Source: a virus. Taken from it: 64,000 nucleotides of DNA. The translations under genes and the position numbers were made by a program. Each line of letters opens with the position of its first letter. Within the stretch, counting starts at the first letter, position 1. The notes beneath the pieces are model-generated. The model ran no database searches, was not told the origin of the DNA, and was given only the letters and a program-made list of their open reading frames with translations. Positions 53,991 to 61,468 of this stretch are shown in pieces. The stretch lies in IMG/VR virus record IMGVR_UViG_3300027734_002590, positions 1 to 64,000 of that record. The stretch is one strand, 5' to 3'.

Positions 53991-54188
53991 ATACATATTT
54001 ATATACCCACTTAAAAAAATTAAAGATTTCTCCAAAATTTTCTGATGATCCACTTTAACCAAAAATATTTTATTGGCCGAGATGGAATAAAGTCAAACAT
54101 GTTTGCATTCATGCCAACTTCTTTAGGCACGTTACCGTATGCCCGATTCAGTGTATCATTTGAATTACTCATACGGCTTCCTTAATTA

Positions 54189-54262
54189 TGGAGCGGGATG
54201 GGAGAATCGAACTCCCAACAACAGATTGGAAATCTGTAGTTTTACCATTAAACTAATCCCGC
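54189..54262 (-). tRNA. tRNA-Gly(TCC)
   Basis: Loop TTTCCAA, U73, CCA. Confidence 0.93.
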
Positions 54263-54267
54263 ATATT

Positions 54268-54354
54268 TGGTGCTCGAGGCCGGAATCGAACCGGCATGCC
54301 CTTTCGAGCGAGAGATTTTAAGTCTCTTGTGTCTACCTATTTCACCACCCGAGC
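54268..54354 (-). tRNA. tRNA-Leu(TAA)
   Basis: Loop CTTAAAA, long variable arm, CCA. Confidence 0.93.
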
Positions 54355-54378
54355 AAAATCTTTCTAGTCTATATTATA

Positions 54379-54840
54379 CTACACTCGCCATATTTCTGCA
54401 AACCCTTCGGCAGTATCAGGCATCTCAAAATGGTCCAACATACCTTGTACAACTTCCCAAGGAATAATTTTGCCTGGACGACTTGCTAATCTTCTATTTA
54501 ATTCTTCTATTGTCGGGGTACTAAAAACTACGGCAATATGATAATAGTCTGGGAGCATAGCAAACTTGCGAGCACGACTTTTAACAGTAGTGCTGGTCTG
54601 ATCCCAGACTATATCACGTCCTACTGTACGTGCTTCTATAACCTCGGCGGCCATTAGTTCAACGGCCTTAGGCATATATTCTGTAAACACTTCGGAATAG
54701 GTCTTGCCTTGTTGTTCAGCATATACTTCTACATGATGATCAGTGGACACATATTCCATACCCTCAATCCAATTTTGATTCCAGAACCAGGTACTTTTAC
54801 CCGAACCCGGCACTCCAATCAATTGATAGCATTTTGGCAT
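54379..54840 (-). CDS. P-loop polynucleotide-kinase-like protein (AAA_33)
   Basis: LIGVPGSGKSTW, VSTD, DQT....R, R...IP. Confidence 0.8.
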   Translation of the reverse strand: MPKCYQLIGVPGSGKSTWFWNQNWIEGMEYVSTDHHVEVYAEQQGKTYSEVFTEYMPKAVELMAAEVIEARTVGRDIVWDQTSTTVKSRARKFAMLPDYYHIAVVFSTPTIEELNRRLASRPGKIIPWEVVQGMLDHFEMPDTAEGFAEIWRV

Positions 54841-55430
54841 TACATCTCCACCTTTCCGTTACCGTTCTTAAATCCTACACTTCCGCCTTCTTCTTCGATG
54901 CGTTTAATAACATCTTCAAACAAGATAGGAGCAAAGTCTGGTGTTTGTTCTACACAAACACAGTGATAACGGGTATCTACTATGTCGGTGATCTTACCAC
55001 CAAACCCAGGTAACATAACACGATTAGCATGAGTGTGTCCGTGAATGTTAACTCCAAACCGACCCAAACTTTCTGGATGCAGTGGAATATGACTCAAGAT
55101 CATTCCGTTCATAACGTGATATGCACGTAACTCTCTAAAGTGTTCGCGATATTCGTCATCCCTAAAGATGTCGTGGTTACCACGGATCAACACTTTGTCA
55201 CCATTCAACCTACGCATGATACCTAAAGCCTTGCGGTTAATAACAACGTCACCTAAGTGGTAGACTTTGTCTGTTGGCTTGACTCTTTCGTTCCAAGCCT
55301 TGACCATAGCTTCGTCCATTTCTTCAGGACTATTCCACGGCCTTAACTTTGTTACACCGTCGTTGCGAGTAAAATTACATACGCCAACGTGTCCAAAGTG
55401 CGTGTCACTTACTAAAAAAACACTTGGCAT
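54840..55430 (-). CDS. calcineurin-like metallophosphoesterase
   Basis: SDTHFGH, HLGD, GNHD, HGHTH. Confidence 0.9.
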   Translation of the reverse strand: MPSVFLVSDTHFGHVGVCNFTRNDGVTKLRPWNSPEEMDEAMVKAWNERVKPTDKVYHLGDVVINRKALGIMRRLNGDKVLIRGNHDIFRDDEYREHFRELRAYHVMNGMILSHIPLHPESLGRFGVNIHGHTHANRVMLPGFGGKITDIVDTRYHCVCVEQTPDFAPILFEDVIKRIEEEGGSVGFKNGNGKVEM

Positions 55431-55440
55431 ATCTTTCTCC

Positions 55441-55917
55441 TTAGTTTAATCGAGCCTGGAAAAGTTCGCCCAAGGATGGCTCTGGCTCTTTAGCCACTGT
55501 TACTCCTGACACAAACAATTCTACAGACTCGCTGTAATAACCGTTACTTTCACCTAACCAGCGAACGTCCACATAGCCCTTGCGGGTAGCAAACTTATAG
55601 AAGGTATAAGTGTAGCTCTCATGGTACTCTGGCTCTGGGCCAACGTATCCAGATACTTCTTCTGCCATTAACAATGGCTCGCCTACCAAGTCCTGCAGGT
55701 CACCAACGATGTCGTTGATAGCCACAGACTCACAGCAGTCTTGCATATGAGCAAAGAGGAATCGCTCGCCTTCTGCGGTTACGAACAGCATCTCTCCATC
55801 ATTTACATCACCAGTAACCTTAACAAAGGTCTTGCCCTTCATTAGTTCCATACCCTTTTGTGTGTCTACTATGTTATTGTAATCCATCTCAATTTCCTCA
55901 ATTTCTTTGTTTCTCAT
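55441..55917 (-). CDS. conserved phage protein
   Basis: QDCCESV, GESNGYYSE motifs. Confidence 0.7.
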   Translation of the reverse strand: MRNKEIEEIEMDYNNIVDTQKGMELMKGKTFVKVTGDVNDGEMLFVTAEGERFLFAHMQDCCESVAINDIVGDLQDLVGEPLLMAEEVSGYVGPEPEYHESYTYTFYKFATRKGYVDVRWLGESNGYYSESVELFVSGVTVAKEPEPSLGELFQARLN

Positions 55918-55923
55918 GCTATA

Positions 55924-55952
55924 AGTATAGCACCGGTTTTACCATTTGTCAA
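55924..55952 (-). promoter_or_regulatory. sigma70-type promoter
   Basis: TTGACA-17-TATACT. Confidence 0.75.
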
Positions 55953-55990
55953 CAAACGATTTGTCCAAAATAGGTAAACTTTAGTATTAA

Positions 55991-56067
55991 TGGAGCATAG
56001 GGTGGGACTCAAACCCACGAATCAACGGATTTGCAATCCGCGCCATTAGTCGCTCTGGTACCTATGC
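55991..56067 (-). tRNA. tRNA-Cys(GCA)
   Basis: Loop TTGCAAA, U73, CCA. Confidence 0.9.
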
Positions 56068-56116
56068 ATATATAGCGGTAACACCGCCATTTTGATTTCT
56101 TTGTTGCTAAGTGTGT

Positions 56117-56145
56117 ATTATAGCAAGGTTTAGGGAAGTTGTCAA
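56117..56145 (-). promoter_or_regulatory. sigma70-type promoter
   Basis: TTGACA-17-TATAAT. Confidence 0.8.
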
Positions 56146-56152
56146 CTTACCA

Positions 56153-56710
56153 CTAATCGAGCAAATACGATAAATCTTTGTTAGGTTCCATTGTACAGGA
56201 AATTCTAACAGTTGAAGGATTATTAAAACGTATGATATTATGTGGGACCCCTACTCTAAACAATACTGGTCTAGTCAAATAAAATTGATCGACTTGAACA
56301 CACATAGTCTCATCAATTTTTTCGAATCTCATTCCGTTAGGTTGAACGCCAGGCATGGGTATACCAGAGCATTTATAGAACCTAGTTTCAGAATTTTCGC
56401 AATTAAATAATGGTATATTGATTCTACAAGGAACAACATTTTCATCAGTGTGTATTTGTCCTATTTCTCTACAGGTACTGAAAATTGCCAAGTTTTCAAT
56501 TTGAAAATCTAATCCAGTCGTCATATTATCTAGTTCAGCAGAAGCGTACTTTAATAAGTCTTCTTTATCGATTCGAAGAACCGGGTCATACGGATCGACC
56601 CTTGACATTTCAGGTCTTATTTGTGTAATGTAATGCCCTAGCTTTTCTGCAAATGGCTTCCAATCTAATTCTAAATATTTGAAATATTTCATGAATTTAT
56701 TTACACTCAT
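56153..56710 (-). CDS. cupin/2OG-oxygenase-like protein
   Basis: IHTD, RINIP, PHN, R.S. Confidence 0.55.
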   Translation of the reverse strand: MSVNKFMKYFKYLELDWKPFAEKLGHYITQIRPEMSRVDPYDPVLRIDKEDLLKYASAELDNMTTGLDFQIENLAIFSTCREIGQIHTDENVVPCRINIPLFNCENSETRFYKCSGIPMPGVQPNGMRFEKIDETMCVQVDQFYLTRPVLFRVGVPHNIIRFNNPSTVRISCTMEPNKDLSYLLD

Positions 56711-56713
56711 TAT

Positions 56714-56803
56714 TGGCGGAAGCGGTGAGATTCGAACTCACGGACCCTTTCGAGCCTTTAGTTTTCAAGACTAACGCATTAAGCCGGGCTCTGCCACGCT
56801 TCC
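56714..56803 (-). tRNA. tRNA-Ser(TGA)
   Basis: Loop CTTGAAA, long arm, G73. Confidence 0.93.
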
Positions 56804-56808
56804 TAAAT

Positions 56809-57291
56809 TTAAATGTCGCCCTCGTGTGTCTTATTGGGGGTTATTAATCCCCATTCATTCACCGTACCGTTAACATCGTATGATTTTTCTTGTTCATCGT
56901 AGGTCCATCCTAGCACCCGCATCATTTTATGTTTGACCAACAAGTTAGGTGCTCGGAAACGCTCGCAATCATTGAAGCCCATCATAACACCGACTTCGCA
57001 AACTGCACCACTGCGACAAATACCTGCGTGGCAATGTACAACAACGTTCATGCGATTTTCCTGGGCATGTTGTAACAGACGAACAAGCTGTTCTGCCTGC
57101 GCATCGGTAATGGCAAAATCGCTTTCTTCTTCAATGTCTAAGAATATAAATTGATGAACTTCTTTGAACTTGTGTTTTGGAGTTGGGAATGCCATGTCGT
57201 GATCCGAAATTTGGATCAGCATACTGTTCTCACCACATGCGTGATGCTTTCCTTTTGCTACATTTTCCAATGGAATATTTTCAATCCACAT
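56809..57291 (-). CDS. CX5R cysteine phosphatase (dual-specificity/PTP-like)
   Basis: VHCHAGICRS. Confidence 0.88.
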   Translation of the reverse strand: MWIENIPLENVAKGKHHACGENSMLIQISDHDMAFPTPKHKFKEVHQFIFLDIEEESDFAITDAQAEQLVRLLQHAQENRMNVVVHCHAGICRSGAVCEVGVMMGFNDCERFRAPNLLVKHKMMRVLGWTYDEQEKSYDVNGTVNEWGLITPNKTHEGDI

Positions 57292-57310
57292 GATACTCTC
57301 CTTAAAAATT

Positions 57311-57386
57311 TGGGGTGTCTTACGAGTATCGATCTCGTACTACCAGTTTCACAGACTAGGGTGCAGGCCACTACACTAAAGACACC
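57311..57386 (-). tRNA. tRNA-His(GTG)
   Basis: Loop CTGTGAA, G-1:C73. Confidence 0.9.
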
Positions 57387-57395
57387 ATTGTTGAA

Positions 57396-57534
57396 TTTGC
57401 TTACCGTTATTCAATGTCCAAGTCAAACACGGAGCCCGGCATGGAGCCAGGCCTGCTACGGGCTTCAGGTACATTAACAAGTGTCTTGGGCGACTCGCTA
57501 ATCACATATGGGTAACCGTACACACGTAAGCAAA
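57396..57534 (-). ncRNA. unidentified stem-closed RNA
   Basis: TTTGCTTAC/GTAAGCAAA ends; nested CCAAG/CTTGG, ACAC/GTGT, AGCCCG/CGGGCT. Confidence 0.6.
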
Positions 57535-57537
57535 ACT

Positions 57538-57711
57538 TTAAAAAGGTCGCCACTCTACACGACCGTGTTGGTCTATTTTGGCGACACTTTGTTGTCTCTT
57601 AATTTCTACAAAATCTTTTTTCACAGTAATCACTTCTCCGCCACGCTTGACAAGATCGGTGATCATTTGCTTTGCCAAAATATTAATAGGCTCAAAACGT
57701 TTTAGTTCCAT
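57538..57711 (-). CDS. small hypothetical protein
   Basis: GGAGA RBS, start ATG 57711. Confidence 0.65.
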   Translation of the reverse strand: MELKRFEPINILAKQMITDLVKRGGEVITVKKDFVEIKRQQSVAKIDQHGRVEWRPF

Positions 57712-57726
57712 GACATTCTCCTTTAA

Positions 57727-57801
57727 TGGTCCGGCCAGCAAGAATCGAACTCACATTCAAGAGGTAGAAGCTCTTTGTATTATCCATTATACTATGGCCG
57801 G
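57727..57801 (-). tRNA. tRNA-Arg(TCT)
   Basis: Loop CTTCTAC, CCA. Confidence 0.9.
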
Positions 57802-57807
57802 ATTGTT

Positions 57808-57887
57808 TGGTACCCCAGGCGGGAGTTGAACCCGCATTAAATTTCTCCTTTTGAGAGAGACGACTTTGCCAATTTGTCCACTGGGGC
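57808..57887 (-). tRNA. tRNA-Leu(CAA)
   Basis: Loop CTCAAAA; shortened variable arm. Confidence 0.88.
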
Positions 57888-57889
57888 AT

Positions 57890-57967
57890 TGGCGCGACTT
57901 AAGAGATTCGAACTCCTGACCCCCTGCTTCGTAGGCAAGTGCTCTGATCCAGCTGAGCTAAAGTCGC
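57890..57967 (-). tRNA. tRNA-Arg(ACG)
   Basis: Loop CTACGAA. Confidence 0.92.
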
Positions 57968-57973
57968 ATTGTA

Positions 57974-58049
57974 TGGTGGGTCGTGACAGTCTCGAACTGC
58001 CGACATTCTGCGTGTAAGGCAGACGCTCTACCAACTGAGCTAACGACCC
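57974..58049 (-). tRNA. tRNA-Val(TAC)
   Basis: Loop CTTACAC. Confidence 0.93.
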
Positions 58050-58099
58050 GAAAAGAAAAACTTCTAGCAGTATCTACGATACACCTAAAAGCCGTAATA

Positions 58100-58178
58100 T
58101 GGTCTCGGAAGTGGGATTCGAACTCACGATCTCCTGCTCCCAAAGCAGGCGCTTTAAACCGGACTAAGCTACACCGAG
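58100..58178 (-). tRNA. tRNA-Pro(TGG)
   Basis: Loop TTTGGGA. Confidence 0.92.
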
Positions 58179-58218
58179 AAATATTTTTTGGTAAATCTAG
58201 ATTATTTTAAATACTAAA

Positions 58219-59103
58219 ATGTATATAAAACTAATATATGATCTTGACCAATTTATAACAATAAGATTATTCGATAATACTGCTGTAACCAAATGGTTTA
58301 CAAAATTCTCTGAGATTGAGTATCGACAGCATTATATAAATTCAAACACGACTAAACTTTTTGTACGTTTAAAACATCCTAAACTTAAAGTTAACAACTG
58401 GAATATCATACTTTCTACAATTAAAGATCTAAAATCTTTAGGCTACGTGTTCCCTTTTGAACTTCCAAATAAGTTTACCAACGATCAAGAATTATTGAAT
58501 AATCTACACAGGTTTTTTACGTATAACATTATGTGGGATCAGTCTAATGAAGTTAATCCGTACGATACACAATTTCAAACTGATTTAAGTTTTGAACAAT
58601 GGCACGATTTGCTTGATAAAATTAATCATGCTGTACACTGGTTAGAAGTTATCACTACTAATCCGAATAAAAAAATATTAAACAAACTGCCTATGAAGTT
58701 CTTACATATACTACCAAAGCAAGGATCTCCTAAAACAGTATTAGGATTTGATCAAAATGATCAACTTCAAAACTTTACCTACTTTGACTATGACCAAAAA
58801 CCACTAGTACTTTTAAGTGGATCGATCACAGGCAAAAGTATACTTGAAAGTTTTTTGACTAACGATAATCCCACACTAAAAGATTGCACTGGAAGAACTA
58901 TATCACACGGAGGATTTGTAATAGATCTAAATAATTCAAGATCCAAAATATATCAAAGCACCGAGTTTAGATCTTGGTATAATAAATTTAGTTTAACATC
59001 TCCTCTACCTTTAGAATTTCCTATAGGTCATGTAATAAATCCGGAGAAACTATCTTTAGTCAAACTATTACGTTTAAGAAAAGTACTGTTTTTAAATATC
59101 TAA
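58219..59103 (+). CDS. hypothetical protein, AT-rich, opposite strand inside the tRNA array
   Basis: 294-aa ORF; LNNLHRFF and INHAVHWLE motifs. Confidence 0.7.
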   Translation: MYIKLIYDLDQFITIRLFDNTAVTKWFTKFSEIEYRQHYINSNTTKLFVRLKHPKLKVNNWNIILSTIKDLKSLGYVFPFELPNKFTNDQELLNNLHRFFTYNIMWDQSNEVNPYDTQFQTDLSFEQWHDLLDKINHAVHWLEVITTNPNKKILNKLPMKFLHILPKQGSPKTVLGFDQNDQLQNFTYFDYDQKPLVLLSGSITGKSILESFLTNDNPTLKDCTGRTISHGGFVIDLNNSRSKIYQSTEFRSWYNKFSLTSPLPLEFPIGHVINPEKLSLVKLLRLRKVLFLNI

Positions 59104-59104
59104 T

Positions 59105-59178
59105 TGGTTGCGGGAGGCGGAATCGAACCACCATCTGAAGCTTATGAGACTTCTGAATTACCGTTACTCTATCCCGCT
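59105..59178 (-). tRNA. tRNA-Met(CAT), initiator-like
   Basis: Loop CTCATAA; 1:72 mismatch. Confidence 0.85.
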
Positions 59179-59184
59179 ATTAAA

Positions 59185-59261
59185 TGGTGCCCCAGAGGAG
59201 ACTCGAACTCCTAAAATTTGGCTTCTAAGACCAACACGTATACCAATTCCGTCACCGGGGC
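59185..59261 (-). tRNA. tRNA-Leu(TAG)
   Basis: Loop CTTAGAA; short variable region. Confidence 0.9.
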
Positions 59262-59270
59262 ATAAACTTA

Positions 59271-59437
59271 CTATTAAAAAATAACATTACCCCTTACAGG
59301 ACGGAGCGGATTTCTGAGTGGAGTTCGATTTTCCTCATCAGCCATTGCCCACGGTTTTATCAGAGGAGTAAGATGGCCCTATTCCTCATGAGCCTATGCG
59401 TCCATAAGCGATACCCGTTAATGCTATTTTTTAATGG
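59271..59437 (-). ncRNA. unidentified stem-closed RNA
   Basis: ~19-bp terminal stem CCATTAAAAAATAGCATTA/TAATGTTATTTTTTAATAG. Confidence 0.6.
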
Positions 59438-59510
59438 TACTCGGTAGGGGAATCGAACCCCTCTTCCCGCCGTGAAAGGGCGGTGTCCTAGACCGATAGA
59501 CGAACCGAGC
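59435..59510 (-). tRNA. tRNA-Glu(TTC)
   Basis: Loop CTTTCAC. Confidence 0.93.
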
Positions 59511-59518
59511 AAAAACTT

Positions 59519-59547
59519 ATTATACAATAAGAATTTAATTTTGTCAA
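59519..59547 (-). promoter_or_regulatory. internal sigma70 promoter within tRNA array
   Basis: Perfect TTGACA-17-TATAAT. Confidence 0.85.
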
Positions 59548-59553
59548 CTATTT

Positions 59554-59627
59554 TGGCACGGGAACTAGGGCTCGAACCTAGAATGACAGAGTCAAAGTCT
59601 GTAGTGTTACCATTACACTATTCCCGA
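59554..59627 (-). tRNA. tRNA-Gln(TTG)
   Basis: Loop CTTTGAC. Confidence 0.9.
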
Positions 59628-59637
59628 ACAGATTGAA

Positions 59638-59860
59638 TTTGTAAGCCTACGCCGCTTTTATCGTAGATTTATTCAGGACTTACCGGCCGCCTAGCCTGAC
59701 CTCGAGCACGATGGATATCACTTGGGTACCTGTCCAGTTTAGTCGCCTCAATGGACCCCTGCAGTTCCCCGCAGGGTGGGTGTCGAACCCATCGCCTTCT
59801 ACTGTTTCGGTCCTTCGAAGAAACCTAGACAGCGTGACTGTACTTGCTGACACTTACAAA
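59638..59860 (-). ncRNA. unidentified ~220-nt structured RNA with a T-loop
   Basis: TTTGTAAG/CTTACAAA closing stem; internal TGGG-TTCGACA-CCCA. Confidence 0.65.
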
Positions 59861-59863
59861 ACT

Positions 59864-59939
59864 TGGTAGTAACGGTCGGACTCGAACCGACGATAAACAC
59901 CGTATGAAGGTGGTGCATTAGCCACTATGCTACGTTACC
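59864..59939 (-). tRNA. tRNA-Met(CAT) (elongator or Ile2 type)
   Basis: Loop TTCATAC. Confidence 0.88.
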
Positions 59940-59940
59940 A

Positions 59941-60030
59941 TATGTAAACACACTTCATGAGCATGAGCTCACTTGTCTCCTTGCCCTAACTCTTGTGTTA
60001 AGGATCCGAAGGATAGAGTGTGTTTACATA
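59941..60030 (-). ncRNA. unidentified multi-branched small RNA
   Basis: 15-bp closing stem TATGTAAACACACTC/AAGTGTGTTTACATA with internal hairpins. Confidence 0.55.
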
Positions 60031-60106
60031 TGGTAGGACCGCCCGGACTCGAACCGGGAATTGGCAGATTAAAAGTCTGCTGTGATAACCATTTCACTAC
60101 GATCCC
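60031..60106 (-). tRNA. tRNA-Lys(TTT)
   Basis: Loop CTTTTAA. Confidence 0.93.
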
Positions 60107-60169
60107 ATATACAGTACTAAGTTGATTTAATGTGCCAACCTTAGACCGTACATGGGATCTAAGGAGACA

Positions 60170-60190
60170 CTAACGTTTACTACGTTTCAT
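60170..60190 (-). CDS. 6-codon minigene MKRSKR
   Basis: AAGGAGA RBS 5 nt before ATG AAA CGT AGT AAA CGT TAG, followed by a hairpin. Confidence 0.5.
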   Translation of the reverse strand: MKRSKR

Positions 60191-60204
60191 GTCATTCTCC
60201 TTTG

Positions 60205-60432
60205 TTAAACTACTTTCTTAAGATACTCTGTACCTACCTTACCTTCTTGAATTTCAAGCAATGCAGTTACATTTGGATGCAAATGCTCAAACTTCAAACT
60301 TTCTTTGTTACGTCGACTAATCTCACGTGAACGAACCGCGGCCATCAATACTAAATCATATCGATTGCCACCTGCAAGCTCAACACATTTATCGGTGTCG
60401 ATTTCCGAACTACGACTGATACCTTTTTTCAT
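60205..60432 (-). CDS. rpoZ: RNA polymerase omega subunit homologue
   Basis: NRYDLVLMAAVRSREI and VTALLEIQEGKV match omega conserved regions. Confidence 0.82.
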   Translation of the reverse strand: MKKGISRSSEIDTDKCVELAGGNRYDLVLMAAVRSREISRRNKESLKFEHLHPNVTALLEIQEGKVGTEYLKKVV

Positions 60433-60451
60433 ATATTACCTTTTTAAAACT

Positions 60452-60527
60452 TGGTGCTACCTCCAGGGATCGAACCTGGTTCCTCGGTTCTTCAGACCGG
60501 TGCTATGACCACATCAGCTAAAGTAGC
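60452..60527 (-). tRNA. tRNA-Phe(GAA)
   Basis: Loop CTGAAGA. Confidence 0.9.
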
Positions 60528-60528
60528 A

Positions 60529-60604
60529 TGGCGTACCCTCAGGGCCTCGAACCCCGAACCTCTGGTTTTGGAGACCAGCACTCTGCCAATTGAGCTAAGG
60601 ATAC
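60529..60604 (-). tRNA. tRNA-Trp(CCA)
   Basis: Loop CTCCAAA. Confidence 0.92.
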
Positions 60605-60610
60605 ATAATT

Positions 60611-60700
60611 TGGTCCCCCAGTGTGGAATCGAACCACATCCTGGACCTTATCTAGATTAATCGCTTATAAAACGACCTGCTCTCCTTGAGCTACTGGGGG
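60611..60700 (-). tRNA. tRNA with TAT anticodon (Ile) and long extra arm
   Basis: GTCGT-TTTATAA-GCGAT arm, ~21-nt variable region, CCA. Confidence 0.75.
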
Positions 60701-60706
60701 AGCGTT

Positions 60707-60781
60707 TGGTATAGCGTACGGGGATCGAACCCGCCTAGTCACCTTGAAAGGGTGATGACCTCCCCAGAAGTCGAACGCTAT
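60707..60781 (-). tRNA. tRNA-Glu(TTC), second divergent copy
   Basis: Loop CTTTCAA. Confidence 0.88.
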
Positions 60782-60787
60782 ATAATT

Positions 60788-60861
60788 TGGAGCGGGATAG
60801 GAGAATCGAACTCCTGACTAAACCTTGGCAAGGTTTCGTTTGACCATTAAACTAATCCCGC
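60788..60861 (-). tRNA. tRNA-Gly(GCC)
   Basis: Loop TTGCCAA. Confidence 0.92.
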
Positions 60862-60866
60862 ATACT

Positions 60867-60941
60867 TGGTGGAGGATGGGAGGATCGAACTCCCACTTCA
60901 TGCTTGCAAAGCACATGTGCTCCCATTATCACTAATCCCCC
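60867..60941 (-). tRNA. tRNA-Ala(TGC)
   Basis: Loop TTTGCAA; G3:U70. Confidence 0.92.
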
Positions 60942-60948
60942 AATAAAC

Positions 60949-61025
60949 TGGCTCCCCGTCGTGGGCTCGAACCACGGACATCGACATTAACAGTGTCGCG
61001 CAACTACCAACTGTGCTAACGGGGA
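60949..61025 (-). tRNA. tRNA-Asn(GTT)
   Basis: Loop CTGTTAA. Confidence 0.92.
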
Positions 61026-61032
61026 ATAAACT

Positions 61033-61107
61033 TGGTGCCCCAGGAAGGAATCGAACCTCCACACCCTGATTACAAAACAGGACCTCTACCACTAAGGATA
61101 CAAGGGC
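61033..61107 (-). tRNA. tRNA-Thr(TGT), second copy
   Basis: Loop TTTGTAA. Confidence 0.88.
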
Positions 61108-61115
61108 GTAAAACT

Positions 61116-61190
61116 TGGTAGCCTATCTTGGGAACGATCCAAGGACCCCCGCCTTATCAAGACGGTGCTCTACCACTGAGCTAATAGGCT
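61116..61190 (-). tRNA. tRNA-Ile(GAT)
   Basis: Loop TTGATAA. Confidence 0.9.
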
Positions 61191-61195
61191 ATATA

Positions 61196-61283
61196 TGGCG
61201 GAGGATATAGGAATCGAACCTATCCACCCATTACTGAATGACAGTTTAGCAAACTGTTGCCTTAACCGCTCGGCCAATCCTCC
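61196..61283 (-). tRNA. tRNA-Ser(GCT)
   Basis: Loop TTGCTAA, long arm. Confidence 0.92.
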
Positions 61284-61289
61284 ATAACT

Positions 61290-61364
61290 TGGCGATCCTG
61301 CGGGGAATCGAACCCCGATATCCGACTAGACAGGCCGGTATAATAACCACTATATGACAGGACC
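61290..61364 (-). tRNA. tRNA-Asp(GTC)
   Basis: Loop CTGTCTA. Confidence 0.9.
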
Positions 61365-61369
61365 AAATT

Positions 61370-61458
61370 TGGTGGAGATGATAGGATTCGAACCTATTGC
61401 GTTTCTTAAGTACCGGATTTACAGTCCGGGGCCACTCCACCATCGTAGCCGCATCTCC
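61370..61458 (-). tRNA. tRNA-Tyr(GTA)
   Basis: Loop CTGTAAA, long arm. Confidence 0.9.
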
Positions 61459-61468
61459 AAATTTATTA

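Noticed and set aside
59318-59345. Hammerhead ribozyme (CTGATGAG...CGAAC on minus strand)
   Set aside because: No GAAA core and no convincing stem II or cleavage triplet.
59638-59860. tmRNA or RNase P RNA
   Set aside because: No Ala acceptor stem with CCA after the T arm, and no RNase P conserved motifs.
57692-61443. Short ORFs overlapping tRNA genes (e.g. 57692-57889, 57837-58034, 60451-60660, 60898-61092, 61246-61443)
   Set aside because: Artefacts of GC-rich tRNA sequence.
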